A DNA stretch of 39,456 nucleotides from Chloroflexota bacterium (GTDB lineage Bacteria; Chloroflexota; Dormibacteria; CF-121), in the NCBI GenBank assembly GCA_005881235.1, contig VBEQ01000207.1:1-39456 (forward strand), given 5' to 3'. Shown here in pieces: positions 8,400 to 19,609 of this stretch (its first letter is position 1; the number at the start of each line of letters is the position of its first letter). Below the pieces are notes generated by a model, which made no database searches, was not told the origin of the DNA, and saw nothing but the letters and a program-made list of their open reading frames with translations. The position numbers and the translations under genes were made by a program.

Positions 8400-9320
8400 A
8401 TGATGGGGGCCGTGGCGTCCAGCTCCGCGCCCATCCGATTCCGGCCGATGCCGCTGCCGGAGCTCCTCGACGAGCTGTTCCGCCTCTATCGCAGACATTT
8501 CTCTGTGATCGCGGGGATCAGCCTGTTGCTGGTGATTCCGGGGCTGCTGACAAGCTTGCTCTCGGGCTCTTACCGGACGAATCCCATCGGGATCCTCCTC
8601 CAGTACATCTCCAGCGGAGGAGGGGCGGCAGCTCTACAACAGATTCAGGCAGCGCAAGCACAGCAAAACTCCGCCTGGTCAGCACTGGAGGGGCTCATCG
8701 CTTTGATCATCGTCCCCTTTTCCCTCGGCGCGCTATATCGCGCTGCGGTCGATGGCGCCAAGGGCCAAGCCATGACGATTGCCTCAGTCCTGAAGGGAAC
8801 CCTCGCTCGGTACTGGCCGCTTTATGGGTTCGCGATACTAACCGGCTTGTTTGGCGTGGTCTTGGTGATCGTCTTCGTCATTGGCCTCGTCCTCTTAGTT
8901 CTTCCTGGACTTGCGGCGCTTTGCGGAGGTGTCTACTTCGCGGTCCGCTGGTCGGTATCGATTGCGGCGATGATGGCGGAAAACATTGGGCCCATTCGTG
9001 GGCTTGGGCGCAGCTGGAATCTGGTCAAAGGCATGTGGTGGCGGACGTTCGGAATAATCCTGCTGGCCGTAATCGCGTACATCGTCATTTACCTGGCACT
9101 ACTGGCCCTCTTCACCGTGGTTGCCGCCATCATGCCAGCGATCAGTACAGACACGAGGAGCGGAGTCGCGACGGCGGCAACAACGCTCGTTGATGCGTTG
9201 ATCGCACCGATGTTTCCCATCCTTCTCACCCTCCTCTACTTCGATCTGCGGGTTCGCAAGGAAGGCCTCGACTTGGATCAGCTCGCCGAGCAAACGTCTC
9301 CGGGCCCTGCTCCGGCTTAG
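8400..9320 (+). CDS. Polytopic membrane protein of unknown function (resembles GDPD-membrane-domain / DUF975-like proteins)
   Basis: 306 aa with about 6 hydrophobic helices and an N-terminal ..PELLDELFRLYRRHF.. segment. Third-codon positions are visibly less GC-rich than in neighbouring genes. It is the first gene of the MoxR cluster. Confidence 0.65.
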   Translation: MMGAVASSSAPIRFRPMPLPELLDELFRLYRRHFSVIAGISLLLVIPGLLTSLLSGSYRTNPIGILLQYISSGGGAAALQQIQAAQAQQNSAWSALEGLIALIIVPFSLGALYRAAVDGAKGQAMTIASVLKGTLARYWPLYGFAILTGLFGVVLVIVFVIGLVLLVLPGLAALCGGVYFAVRWSVSIAAMMAENIGPIRGLGRSWNLVKGMWWRTFGIILLAVIAYIVIYLALLALFTVVAAIMPAISTDTRSGVATAATTLVDALIAPMFPILLTLLYFDLRVRKEGLDLDQLAEQTSPGPAPA

Positions 9321-9327
9321 AAGTTCG

Positions 9328-10215
9328 TTGCGCGCGCGCGTCCGGCCGCTGCTGCCGATGCTCGTCCTCACGCTGGCCACCGCCGTGCCCGCGTCGGCGA
9401 GCCAGGCCGATGATTACACGAACGCGATTCATCGGGCGCTGACGCTAGTCCAGTTCGCGGAGCGCGGCGACACCCCCTCGATTGGCCAGGCGCTCCAGGT
9501 ACTCGCCACTGCGCCGGGACCCAGCCAGCCGGAAATTCTACGCGACCTGGGCACTGACCCGCCCGCCCTCACCGACGCCGACCAACGGCTGCAGGCGTTG
9601 TATGGCGCGCTCCAGGCACGGGTCGATACCCCCGATCCGGAGCGCGCGCGGCAGCAGCTCAATAACGTCTTATCGATGGCACGCTATGCTGGCTTGACAT
9701 CCGGGCCATCGATCGTGGACCGCATCGTGGACGCGATCACGAACGCGCTAGGTCGCTTCTTCCGCTGGCTCGGTGTCACTAACCTCCATCTGGGTATCCC
9801 GCCCCTGGTCTGGCTGGGACTCGCCGCGCTGTTCATCCTCGGCATCATCCTCTGGCCGATGCGCGGCATGCTTAGCCGCGGAGGGCGGGAGGCCGTGCCG
9901 AGAGTGGCACCCGGGGCGGCCCGCGCCTTCACAGATTTCTTCGCCGATGCGGATCGGTACGCCGCCGCGGGCGACTATGTCGCGGCCATCCGAGCGCTTG
10001 CTGGCGGAGTCACCGGCAGAATTAGCGGTGAGCGGGTGTGGGACCGCAGTCCGCTAACGGTACGCGAGCTTTTTCAACGCACCAAAGATTCCGAATCGCT
10101 TCGGCCGCTCTTACGCTCGTTCGAAGAGGCCAGCTATGGTCGTCGGCCACCAGACCAGACGACATTTGAACAAGCACTCGAGGCCGCTCGCCCATACCGG
10201 AGGCCGACGGTGTGA
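9328..10215 (+). CDS. DUF4129 domain-containing protein (signal peptide, one TM helix)
   Basis: 295 aa. TTG start gives a signal-like MRARVRPLLPMLVLTLATAVPASA. The C-terminal ..AAGDYVAAIRAL..RSPLTVRELF......SFEEASYGRRPP.. is typical of DUF4129. Confidence 0.75.
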   Translation: MRARVRPLLPMLVLTLATAVPASASQADDYTNAIHRALTLVQFAERGDTPSIGQALQVLATAPGPSQPEILRDLGTDPPALTDADQRLQALYGALQARVDTPDPERARQQLNNVLSMARYAGLTSGPSIVDRIVDAITNALGRFFRWLGVTNLHLGIPPLVWLGLAALFILGIILWPMRGMLSRGGREAVPRVAPGAARAFTDFFADADRYAAAGDYVAAIRALAGGVTGRISGERVWDRSPLTVRELFQRTKDSESLRPLLRSFEEASYGRRPPDQTTFEQALEAARPYRRPTV

Positions 10216-11347
10216 AGCGCGGCAGCTGGTTTGGACTGGGAGTCCTTGTGGTCACAGTCGTCATCCTGGTTATGTTTCGAGGAACCACTCGGAACGACTC
10301 GCCGGAGCACAGTTCAGCCAGCGACTCGGGGAAGGGCACGTCCGCGCTTCGACTCTATGCCGCGTCTCTCGGCCACGCCACCGGAACCGTCGAAGGCGAT
10401 TACACTCTTCCGTCGTCGCCCGCCCTGCTGTTCGTCTTCCGGCCGACGGAGGGCTTCAGCAACGCCGAGAGTCAACAGCTCGACAGCTGGCTGCGAGCGG
10501 GCAACGTGGCGGTCTACGCTACGGAGGAACGCGATCCGGAGCTCGACAACCAGTTCGGACTGCACCTGACGAGCCGTACCGTGGACGCCCCGGCGCACGC
10601 CGCGGCGCCCGTCTTCGGTGGGGTCGGCTCACTGTCCGGTTCCTCAACCGCCCTCGCCTTCAAGCCATCGCCGTCACAGGTGCCCCTCCTTCGAAACGCC
10701 GCCGGCGATGTGCTTGCCGTTCGCATGACGGTCGGCTCCGGCCAGCTGATTGCCATGACCGATCCGCTTGTGCTTTGCAATGGCTACCTGCGATTGGCCG
10801 ACAATGGCCGGTTCGCCGCTGATCTGATCGCGCTCACGCCCAACGGCGGGACCGTGTTGTTCGATGAGTTTCACCACGGGCAGATCGCCGGCAACGCGCC
10901 GACGGCGACCGCCTGGGTGCTGACCCCCTGGGGCGCGGCGCTCGCGCTGGCGGTGATCATCATCGTTGCAGGTCTCGCCTTGCGCGGCCGCGCCTTCGGT
11001 CCGCCGATTCCGCTGCGCCAGGCCGGGGATCGTTCCGGCGCGGAATACGCGGCCGCCGTGGGCAGCTTGCTTCATCGCACCGGGGCTCGCCGGGTCACGC
11101 TCGAGACCTTGCTCGCGGCGACGCGTCGCACCGTGGCGGAACGGGTTGGGCTTGGTAGCGAGACGCCAGCCGACCAGGTCCTGGAAACGATCGCACAGCG
11201 CTCGCCCGCCGCGGCCGCCGAATTAACCCGGGCTGAGGCCGAGCTTCCGTCGGCGCTGAACTCGGAAGCCGCGGTGCTGGACATGGCCCGGCGGCTGCAC
11301 GACCTGGCCTATCCACTATCGACCATCGAGCACCAGAAGGAGTCCGC

Positions 11348-11351
<4 letters not shown>
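10212..11351 (+). CDS. DUF4350 domain-containing protein
   Basis: 379 aa. The GTG start overlaps the upstream stop by 4 nt. N-terminal TM helix, then ..GTSALRLYAASLGH..LLFVFRP...ESQQLDSWLRAGN..; a second TM helix follows and the tail is helical. This layout is typical of DUF4350. Confidence 0.7.
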
Positions 11352-12295
<944 letters not shown>

Positions 12296-12304
12296 GGTTC
12301 ACGG

Positions 12305-13621
12305 GTGACGCTGGTTCCCCAACCGCGTCTGCTGATCGCCCTGCTGCTGGGGGCGGTCCTGATCCTGCTCGTGCTGGTGCATCCGGTTTTTCTCATCCTC
12401 TTTCTCGCCTACTACGCGGCGCTGCTGGGATTTGCTCTGGCCGACGGGGCGCGGCTGCCGAAAAAGTCCGGCTTCATGGCGAGCCGCGTGCTACCCCAGC
12501 CGTTTTCGCTCGGCGAAGTCCAGTCGGTCCAGGTGCTGGTCGCCCACTCCGAGGCGGCCGGCCTGCTTGCCGAAGTCGCCGACCACGTGCCCGCGGATTT
12601 GCAACCCGACCGCCGGATCCTGACGGGTACCTTCGACCGGGAAGGCCTGTTGGGCGTCGAGTACACGGTTCAGCCGCCCCATCGCGGCCGTTATCCGTTC
12701 GGCCCGGTTGACCTTCGGTGCTGGCGTCGGGGAGGCTGGCTCATCCGGCAGGTCCGCATCAAGGCCGATGAGCCAGCGGCTGTGTATCCCGACGTGCTCG
12801 CCATCAAGCGCTACGAGCTGATGTTGCGCCGCGGCATGCGGATCATGATGGGGCTCCGGCGCGCCCGTCCGCCCGGAGCGACGACCGCGTTCGCGGGATT
12901 GCGGGACTACCTGGCGGGGGATGATGTCCGCCGGATCAACTGGAAAGCCACAGCACGCCGCGACAACCCGGTGGTCATGGAGGTCGAAGCCGAGCGCGGC
13001 CAGCAGGCGATCATTGCGCTCGATTGCGGGCGGTTGATGACGGCTCCCGCTGGTTACCTCACCAAGCTGGATCACGCGGTCAACGCGGCCCTGCTCCTGG
13101 CCTGGGTGGCGCAGAGCCAGGGCGACAAGGTCGGCATGCTCACCTTCAGCGACGGCGTGCGCCGTTTCGTGGCGCCCCAACGTGGGCCCGCCCAGGTGAC
13201 CCAGCTGAACAAGGTGCTGTACGACGTCAAGGCCGAGTACACGGAACCAGATTTTTCTGAAGCCTTCGCGCAGCTGGCCTTGCGCGTCAGCCGCCGCTCG
13301 CTGGTGGTCGTCCTCACCGACGTGCTCGACCCCGAAGCATCGCGCGATCTGGTGGCCCACGCGATCCGCTTGAGCCGGCGGCACCTGGTGATGGTAGTCG
13401 CCATGTCGGATCCCGAGGTGCTGGCAGCCCGCGACGCGCCGGTCGAGCGGGTCTCGCGCGCCTACGAGTGGGCGGCGGCGGAGGAGTTGCTCGCCGCGCG
13501 CCGGGCGAGCTTTGAGCAGCTGCGGCAGGGGGGAGTGCTCGGCCTCGACGTCGAGGCTGGCCGGCTCAGCCCCTCGCTGGTCGAACGCTACCTCGAGCTG
13601 AAGGAGCGCGCGCTGCTCTAG
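12305..13621 (+). CDS. DUF58 domain-containing protein (vWA-like, MoxR partner)
   Basis: 438 aa. Two N-terminal TM helices, then ..FAGLRDYLAGDDVRRINWKATARR.. (DUF58 signature) followed by a vWA-like region. Confidence 0.88.
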   Translation: MTLVPQPRLLIALLLGAVLILLVLVHPVFLILFLAYYAALLGFALADGARLPKKSGFMASRVLPQPFSLGEVQSVQVLVAHSEAAGLLAEVADHVPADLQPDRRILTGTFDREGLLGVEYTVQPPHRGRYPFGPVDLRCWRRGGWLIRQVRIKADEPAAVYPDVLAIKRYELMLRRGMRIMMGLRRARPPGATTAFAGLRDYLAGDDVRRINWKATARRDNPVVMEVEAERGQQAIIALDCGRLMTAPAGYLTKLDHAVNAALLLAWVAQSQGDKVGMLTFSDGVRRFVAPQRGPAQVTQLNKVLYDVKAEYTEPDFSEAFAQLALRVSRRSLVVVLTDVLDPEASRDLVAHAIRLSRRHLVMVVAMSDPEVLAARDAPVERVSRAYEWAAAEELLAARRASFEQLRQGGVLGLDVEAGRLSPSLVERYLELKERALL

Positions 13622-13673
13622 CGCGTTCGAGTAACTTCCCCGACCCCTGTGCGTTGCGTTCACCGGAGCCGGT

Positions 13674-15185
13674 ATGAAAACGCTCGAACGGCATCGAATT
13701 GACGCAATCGCACGGGAGCTCGAGACCGGCGCGTACGGCCTGGCACTTGGCCTTGGCCTGGAGCCAGCATCGGCCGAACGGATCCTTTTGGAGGCGTTCG
13801 CCACCATGGCGCCGTCTGTGCCCAGGACGACCCGAATTGACCAGCTGCGCAAAGAGCTCTCCGCGCGTATTCGGAAACGTGCGCCGCAGGAATGGGTGCC
13901 CGCGACGACCGACCCAGAAGAGGCCCCAGCAGCATCGGTCAGCGAAAACCTCCACCTCCGTATCGTCGACCTCCTCGAAGAGCATCAGGCCGACGATCCG
14001 GTCGGGCGGCGACGGGCGGTGCTCGCCGGCTCCATCGGCGTCGCGCTGCTGGTAGCAGGCATTGCCTTCCTTCGGGTTCATGCCGATGCGTTGGCCGCGG
14101 CACGGCCGGCCATCAATGAGCTGAGCCCGGCGGCTGCCGCGACCGGTGTACCACTCGACGGCGACGTCAGGGTGAAGTTCGACCACCGGCCCGAGGGCAC
14201 CCCGACGCTGCGGTTGGAGCCGCCCCACGCGCTCTTGGAGTCAACGCACTGGGACGGCAACATGCTGGTGGCGGTCTACTCAGGGCTACACCTTTCCACC
14301 CGCTACCAGCTCGTTCTTCAGGCGGATTATCGGAGCCGGCTCAAAGACGTTGGTCATCTCGAAAAGCGCTGGTACGTAACCACCCGCGGCTATCCGGTGC
14401 TGTCCGCGCTCACCCCGGCGCAGGGCCAGACGCGGGCGCCACGGACTGGAAAGATCTCGATCGACTTCAGTTATCAGCCGCCGGCAACGGCGCGCCTCAT
14501 CATCACGCCCGCCGATGGAATCCTGGCGCTCGGTGATTGGAGCGGGACAGCCTACACGGCCAGCTACAGCGGACTGAAGCCGCTTACCCAGTACGAAGTC
14601 ACGCTGAGCCTCGACTACGGCGCGGCCGCCGCCGGCACGCAACGGCAGTGGTCCTTTTCGACGGAGCCCGGCTGGCCGCCAAGCGGCACAGCGGTCATCT
14701 GGTACGCGACGCAACCACCCTGGAACCCAACGGATCAGCGCTTGCTCGCGGTCGACTGGCAGGGAAACCCCGCCGGCACCATGTATCCAACCTCGACCCT
14801 GGTCCAGCAGGCGCCCGACGGGTCATCCGTGCTGACCCCGGACGGCGGCTCCATCGACGTCAACGGCGCCGTTCCCGCCGCAAGGCCCGCCTACGCGTCG
14901 ACCGCGTTCGCCGCCGATGACAGCCGGAGCGTCTGCAAAGTCGTGGAAACCGGCCCCTTCTGGCTGGAAGCCGGCCCTCTGCGCGGGCCGTCGCGCCGCG
15001 TCGTCCTTCTGGGTTCCGGAGGCGGGCGGGTCGGCTTCGACATCCTTGCCTGCAGCATGGCCAGCGACCGCGCCGTGATCGCGGATAACGGGATGGGAGG
15101 CACGGCCGCGGTCCGTGTGATCGCGCTGACGACCGGACGCCTTGTGTACCAGCGGTCGTATGGCGGAGCAGACGACAACTTTTGA
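13674..15185 (+). CDS. Membrane-anchored protein with two tandem Ig-like (SbsA/Big_5-like) domains and the start of a beta-propeller-like region; probably interrupted by a frameshift
   Basis: 503 aa. TM helix at about aa 115-133. Two similar ~90-aa units (aa ~150-238 and ~241-331), each ending in W-x-[VF]-[ST]-T. The ORF stops at a TGA immediately after a T4 run (15180-15183), while a +1 frame continues the protein. Confidence 0.6.
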   Translation: MKTLERHRIDAIARELETGAYGLALGLGLEPASAERILLEAFATMAPSVPRTTRIDQLRKELSARIRKRAPQEWVPATTDPEEAPAASVSENLHLRIVDLLEEHQADDPVGRRRAVLAGSIGVALLVAGIAFLRVHADALAAARPAINELSPAAAATGVPLDGDVRVKFDHRPEGTPTLRLEPPHALLESTHWDGNMLVAVYSGLHLSTRYQLVLQADYRSRLKDVGHLEKRWYVTTRGYPVLSALTPAQGQTRAPRTGKISIDFSYQPPATARLIITPADGILALGDWSGTAYTASYSGLKPLTQYEVTLSLDYGAAAAGTQRQWSFSTEPGWPPSGTAVIWYATQPPWNPTDQRLLAVDWQGNPAGTMYPTSTLVQQAPDGSSVLTPDGGSIDVNGAVPAARPAYASTAFAADDSRSVCKVVETGPFWLEAGPLRGPSRRVVLLGSGGGRVGFDILACSMASDRAVIADNGMGGTAAVRVIALTTGRLVYQRSYGGADDNF

Positions 15186-15570
15186 CGCTCAAGGCCAGCT
15201 TGCGACGGCGTTCACGACGATCCGGCGGGTAGTCGATGGGCGCACGGTGGCCCGGCTCGATAACCAGCGCGTCCTGCGATTCTCGTGGGATGGGACGCGC
15301 GTGGTGACGGTGCCCATCCTCAGCGGCAGCGACGTGACGCTCCTCGAATGGCAGACCGGAAAGGTCATATGGCGACAGGCCGGTGATCCGGCCATGGTCG
15401 GCCGTCCCGCCTTTGCGATGTCGCAGCCGAACGGGACGGCCATGGCGATCGGGGTCGGGGGCGCGGATCGTAGCGGTGCGCTCGACCAGCTCTGGATCGT
15501 CGCTGCCGACGGACAGGCGACGCAGGTCGTGAAGGGGTTGCTCTACGCCGCGTTCACCGGCGCCTTCTGA
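15142..15570 (+). CDS. Probable frameshifted continuation of 13674..15185 (beta-propeller-like repeats); less likely an independent gene
   Basis: The 142-aa ORF (TTG 15142, ATG 15160) has no signal peptide or convincing RBS. It carries repeat-like strands (..[11 protein letters not shown].., ..[11 protein letters not shown]..) similar to ..VLTPDGGSIDV.. in the upstream ORF. Deleting one T from the T4 run joins ..GGADDNF to [10 protein letters not shown]... Confidence 0.45.
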   Translation: MCTSGRMAEQTTTFDAQGQLATAFTTIRRVVDGRTVARLDNQRVLRFSWDGTRVVTVPILSGSDVTLLEWQTGKVIWRQAGDPAMVGRPAFAMSQPNGTAMAIGVGGADRSGALDQLWIVAADGQATQVVKGLLYAAFTGAF

Positions 15571-16517
15571 CGCGACCGGCCCGTGAAGAGCAAGTATCCA
15601 TACAGAAGTGCGCCGGTTGTCAGGCCGACGGCGACCTTGACGCCGGTGGGTGCGTCCGAGGGGCTGAGGTTTCCCTCGATGATGCCGGCGATGATCAGCA
15701 ACGGCGCCAGGCCCGCCAGGATGATGACGGCCTTGCGGGCCGCGAGCACGAGCGCATCTCGGCGTCGATACGCACCCGGTAAGAGGATGGCCCAGCCCAT
15801 CATCAACCCACTGGCGCCCGCCGCGACCACGACTGAGAGCTCGAGCACGCCGTGCGCGATCACGAAATCGAGCAGCCCGGGCGCGATGCCGTAGGCGTTG
15901 GTCAGGCCGAGGAGGCCGCCCAGCTGGATCCCGTTCGTCATCAGCACGTAGACCGTCGGCAGGCCGAGCAGCACGCCAAACGCGAAGGCGAGGATCGACA
16001 CGTTGATGTTGTTCGTCATGATCACTCCCGACATCAGCGCGCGCGTGTCGGGCGAGATCTGGGTCCAGAGTTGGTGGTTGTGAACCCCCTGCACGATTTG
16101 CGCGGGGACCAGCGCGTAGGCCAGCTTGGGGTCGAGGGTGACAGCGATGAAGGCGATGACGGCCGGGCCGAACAAGAGAAGCGCGGCCGCGACCAGGTAG
16201 GGGGCCGCTTCGCGGTACGTCTGCGGCAAGGTGCGTTTATAGAAGACCGCGATCCGTTCCCCGAGATTGCCGCCCTGCCGGTACACCGCGGCGTGACCGC
16301 GCGCGACCAGGCCGTTCAAGTATCCGGCAACCGGCTCGGTGGGCCAGTCGCGCTTGGCGCGGGCAAAGTCGGCGGTCGCGCGGCGATAGAGCGCGGCCAG
16401 CGAAAGGACCTCGGTCGGCAGCAACCCGCCGACGCGGCTCGTCCCGGCTCGCTGCAACAGTTTTTCCAGGCGATCCCACTCGGGCCGCCGCCGGGTTACG
16501 AACTCATCGGCGCGCAT
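15543..16517 (-). CDS. Stage II sporulation protein M-like (DUF95) integral membrane protein
   Basis: 324 aa. Cytoplasmic N-terminal helical segment (..[13 protein letters not shown]......[18 protein letters not shown]..) followed by about 6 TM helices, as in SpoIIM/DUF95 proteins. Confidence 0.8.
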   Translation of the reverse strand: MRADEFVTRRRPEWDRLEKLLQRAGTSRVGGLLPTEVLSLAALYRRATADFARAKRDWPTEPVAGYLNGLVARGHAAVYRQGGNLGERIAVFYKRTLPQTYREAAPYLVAAALLLFGPAVIAFIAVTLDPKLAYALVPAQIVQGVHNHQLWTQISPDTRALMSGVIMTNNINVSILAFAFGVLLGLPTVYVLMTNGIQLGGLLGLTNAYGIAPGLLDFVIAHGVLELSVVVAAGASGLMMGWAILLPGAYRRRDALVLAARKAVIILAGLAPLLIIAGIIEGNLSPSDAPTGVKVAVGLTTGALLYGYLLFTGRSRQKAPVNAA

Positions 16518-16578
16518 CTATCCATGATGACGCACGGCGCGCTGAAATCTCTCCACGAACGGGCGTTAGACTGCAGGC

Positions 16579-17655
16579 GTGCAGCCGCCGGATGCCTCGG
16601 ACGACCTGGTTGTTTCCACGCCGGAACGGGTGGCGTTCCAGTACGAGATCGCTGGCATTGGGAGCCGTTTCCTGGCGCAGTTCATCGACGTGCTGGTGAT
16701 TACCGTGATCCAGATCGTTCTCACCATCGGAGCCGCGGCGCTCGGCGGCATCTTCAACTCGATCCAGGTCTTCGGGCTGGTGGAGCTCATCCTCACGTTC
16801 ATCCTGATCGCGGGCTACTTCCTCATCAGCGAGGCCGCCTGGAATGGGCAGACACTGGGCAAACGGTACGTGCGCCTGCGGGCGGTGGGTGACCACGGGG
16901 AGCCGCTGACGATCGGCCAGGCGGCGATCCGCAACCTCGTTCGGGTGGTGGATTTCCTGCCGGCGTTCTACGCGATCGGCATCGTGACCATGTTCAGTAA
17001 TAGCCGGGCGAAGCGGCTCGGCGATTTCGCGGCCGGCACCCTGGTCGTCCGCGACCGAGAACGGATCAGCCTCTACGACCTGGCGAGCACCACGCCGCTG
17101 GCCGCGTCCCAGCCAACGCCCGTCTCCTCCATCTGGTCAACCCCTAGCGCCGACACGCCGATAGCCGGTGAGTCGCCAGCAGCGATCGACCGCCCCGTGG
17201 ACCCGGCGCTGCGCCGCCTGGTGGTGGCCTATGCGGCCCGGCGGGAACTCCTGCCCGCCGCTCGCCGCGAGGCGCTGGCCAGGAGCGCGGAAGCGGCCTT
17301 ACGCGCGGCGCTGCCCGATGTCGTCGCCGCCGCTGGTCCCCTGGCGGCGCTCGACCAGCTCGCCGAACGTGAGGGAATCTCTGCCGTGCGACCCGTACAC
17401 CGTAACGCCTCGAGTGCGATGACCTGGGGCGTGACGACGCTGATTTTCTTCTGGATGCCGATCATTGCCATCCCGACCGGCATCCTCTCGATCGTGTTCG
17501 GTGGCGACGCGGTGAAGGCCATCCGAGTGGAGCCCCAGAAATATCAGGGCGAGGACAAAGCGCGCACCGGCCGCCTGCTCGGGATCATCGGACTAACCAT
17601 CTCGAGCGTCCTGCTGCTGATCTTCATTCTCGCGGTCGTCCTCGGAAACAGCTAG
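16579..17655 (+). CDS. RDD-family membrane protein with C-terminal DUF4190-like membrane domain
   Basis: 358 aa with a GTG start. N-terminal ..AGIGSRFLAQFIDVLVI.. and ..GQTLGKRYVRLRAV.. are typical of RDD. The C-terminal two-helix segment (..GILSIVFGGDAVKAI......LGIIGLTIS..) resembles DUF4190. Confidence 0.85.
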   Translation: MQPPDASDDLVVSTPERVAFQYEIAGIGSRFLAQFIDVLVITVIQIVLTIGAAALGGIFNSIQVFGLVELILTFILIAGYFLISEAAWNGQTLGKRYVRLRAVGDHGEPLTIGQAAIRNLVRVVDFLPAFYAIGIVTMFSNSRAKRLGDFAAGTLVVRDRERISLYDLASTTPLAASQPTPVSSIWSTPSADTPIAGESPAAIDRPVDPALRRLVVAYAARRELLPAARREALARSAEAALRAALPDVVAAAGPLAALDQLAEREGISAVRPVHRNASSAMTWGVTTLIFFWMPIIAIPTGILSIVFGGDAVKAIRVEPQKYQGEDKARTGRLLGIIGLTISSVLLLIFILAVVLGNS

Positions 17656-18026
17656 AGGTGCTGCCGCCCGGCGATGCCGGTGTCGACCGGGTGCCACCAT
17701 TCGACCCTGGACTCGCCGAGCTTCCAGCACAGACAAACGGTCTCGCCTTCACGCTGGTGCAGGAAATCGATCAACCCGATCGAGGGATCGCGCAGCACGA
17801 TGCCCCAGTCCTGCAGCTGTCGCGTGTCGCGCTCGAGCGTCCGCTGCAGCTCAGACAGGTGGCGAGCGGGGAGACCGCCGCCGTTGTGTGACGCCTTCTC
17901 CCTGACGGCCGCCACCGTCTTGTCCTTGGCCAGCGCTTCCTGGGTGGCCCGGATCCGCTCCAGCAGCGGCTTCAATGTGGGCACGAGGGCGTTGGCCTCC
18001 TCGACGCTGTAGAACTTCTCTGGCAT
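17652..18026 (-). CDS. DUF2203 domain-containing protein
   Basis: 124 aa. MPEKFYSVEEANALVPTLKPLLERI... and ..GLIDF.......VCLCWKLGE..V.WWH are characteristic of DUF2203. It starts 9 nt downstream of the cysteine desulfurase gene. Confidence 0.8.
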   Translation of the reverse strand: MPEKFYSVEEANALVPTLKPLLERIRATQEALAKDKTVAAVREKASHNGGGLPARHLSELQRTLERDTRQLQDWGIVLRDPSIGLIDFLHQREGETVCLCWKLGESRVEWWHPVDTGIAGRQHL

Positions 18027-18035
18027 GCGGTCTGC

Positions 18036-19202
18036 TCAGGCGGCCGAGATGGGTGCCATGGCACGCAGACGGGCGACCATTCCGGGCAGTCGATCGAGGA
18101 CGAGCTCGATCTCCCCTTCGGTGTTGCCCTTGCCGACCGACAGTCGCAGGCTGCCAAGGGCGCGTTCTCGCGGGTAGCCGAGCGCGAGGATGACGTGACT
18201 CGGTTCGAGCGAGCCCGAGGTGCAGGCCGATCCTGAGGAGGCGGCGAAACCGTCCATGTCGAGCTGCAGCAAAAGCGATTCTCCCTCTACGCCCTCGAAC
18301 AGGAAGCTGGCGTGGTGCGGAAGGCGGTTCACGGGGTGACCGGTGAGCTCGGCCGCAGGGATGCGGCCGAGGACGCCCGCGATCAGGCGGTCGCGCAACG
18401 CGGTGAGGTGGGTCGTGTTCTTCGCCATGTCGCGGCGCGCGATGCCGATGGCTTTCGCCAGTCCCACGATGCCGGCGACGTTCTCGGTTCCCGCGCGGCG
18501 GTTGCGTTCGTGCCCGCCTCCCAGGATTTGCGGCAGAAGCCGCACGCCGGAGCGAACCACCAGGCAGCCCGCGCCCTTGGGGCCGTGCAGCTTGTGCGCC
18601 GACATGGAGAGCAGGTCGACTCCGAGCTCATCGACGCGTGTCGCGATCTTTCCGGTGGATTGCACGGCGTCGGTATGGAAGTAGGCGCTGCTTCGCTCGC
18701 GCGTGACCGCGACCAGCTCGCGGATCGGCTCGATGGTGCCGATCTCGTTGTTCGCGTGCATGATGCTGACCAGGATCGTGTCGGGCCGGAGCGCGCGACC
18801 CAGGTCGGCGGGATCGACCAGGCCGGTACGATCGACAGGGAGCCGCGTGACTTCGAAGCCGTCCTGCTCGAGCGCGTCCGCCGAACGGAGCACCGCATCA
18901 TGCTCGATCGTGGAGGTGATCACGTGCCGTCCGCGGTCGGCGTTCCGCTGCGCGATCCCCTGGAGCGCGAAGTTGTCGCCCTCCGTTCCGCCCGACGTGA
19001 AGACGATCTCCTTGGCCGCAACCCCGTAATAGTCGGCGACCTCGTCGCGCGCCTGGTCAATTGCCTGGCGCGCGCGTTGACCAAGCCCGTAGACACTGGA
19101 GGCGTTGCCGAACTCGTCGGTAAGGTACGGCATCATCGCCTGGAGCACCTCGGGATCGAGCGGCGTGGTCGCTGAATGGTCGAGGTAAACCATCGACACC
19201 AT
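18036..19202 (-). CDS. Cysteine desulfurase (NifS/IscS family, PLP-dependent)
   Basis: 388 aa with VYLDHSATTP, the SAHKLHGPKG PLP-lysine block and the SSGSACTSG active-site Cys loop. The start could also be the ATG at 19193. Confidence 0.92.
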   Translation of the reverse strand: MVSMVYLDHSATTPLDPEVLQAMMPYLTDEFGNASSVYGLGQRARQAIDQARDEVADYYGVAAKEIVFTSGGTEGDNFALQGIAQRNADRGRHVITSTIEHDAVLRSADALEQDGFEVTRLPVDRTGLVDPADLGRALRPDTILVSIMHANNEIGTIEPIRELVAVTRERSSAYFHTDAVQSTGKIATRVDELGVDLLSMSAHKLHGPKGAGCLVVRSGVRLLPQILGGGHERNRRAGTENVAGIVGLAKAIGIARRDMAKNTTHLTALRDRLIAGVLGRIPAAELTGHPVNRLPHHASFLFEGVEGESLLLQLDMDGFAASSGSACTSGSLEPSHVILALGYPRERALGSLRLSVGKGNTEGEIELVLDRLPGMVARLRAMAPISAA

Positions 19203-19226
19203 TCTATGGTGCGTCGAGAGCAGTGA

Positions 19227-19553
19227 CTACGAGGACGTCGGTCGCGACGGGCGCCCGCGGGCCAGCTCGTTCAGGGACCCGCTGAACGCCTTCATGTATT
19301 CGTGGACGTCGAGCATCTCATCGGTGCTGATCGGTCCTTCCTCGGCGGATTTGGGGAGCCCGTCGGGATGCTTGGCCTTCTTGAGCAACAGGACCGCGAC
19401 GAAGCTGACCCCGCAGTTGGCGCAGGTCACCTCGACCGTGCAGTGGCCGTCCGCCTCGTTGAGCAGCTTGACCTGACAGTCGGCTAGGGCCTGCGAGCAG
19501 GCGAGGCACTTGTAGTACTTGGCTCGCTCCTTGATCAGTGCGATCAGGTTCAC
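19227..19553 (-). CDS. Hypothetical zinc-ribbon protein
   Basis: 108 aa with a GTG start. Two CxxC pairs (CLAC, CANC) plus two further Cys. The C-terminal ..ISTDEMLDVHEYMKAFSG.. segment is of unknown function. I do not recognise the family. Confidence 0.5.
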   Translation of the reverse strand: MNLIALIKERAKYYKCLACSQALADCQVKLLNEADGHCTVEVTCANCGVSFVAVLLLKKAKHPDGLPKSAEEGPISTDEMLDVHEYMKAFSGSLNELARGRPSRPTSS

Positions 19554-19609
19554 TGCTTTCCACTATAGAGGGCGATCCGGCGCTGGGCCAAGCGCCCGAA
19601 TCGAACGTA

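Noticed and set aside
12491-13852. Long antisense ORFs opposite well-supported genes. Examples: 12491..13852 (453 aa), 19964..21250 (428 aa), 21075..22247 (390 aa), 25723..26817 (364 aa), 35242..36516 (424 aa), 15852..16892 (346 aa), 2143..3012 (289 aa), 32383..33348 (321 aa).
   Set aside because: Their translations are Arg/Gly/Pro/Asp-rich low-complexity strings with no recognisable motifs. Each lies opposite a gene with clear family signatures. Long stop-free antisense frames are expected in a genome this GC-rich.
18027-18038. The TGA stop of the cysteine desulfurase is in the same frame as the downstream DUF2203 ORF, raising the question of read-through or a second Sec site.
   Set aside because: The desulfurase ends at its normal C-terminus. 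DUF2203 is an independent family with its own ATG 9 nt downstream. No redox motif is interrupted. The shared frame is coincidental.
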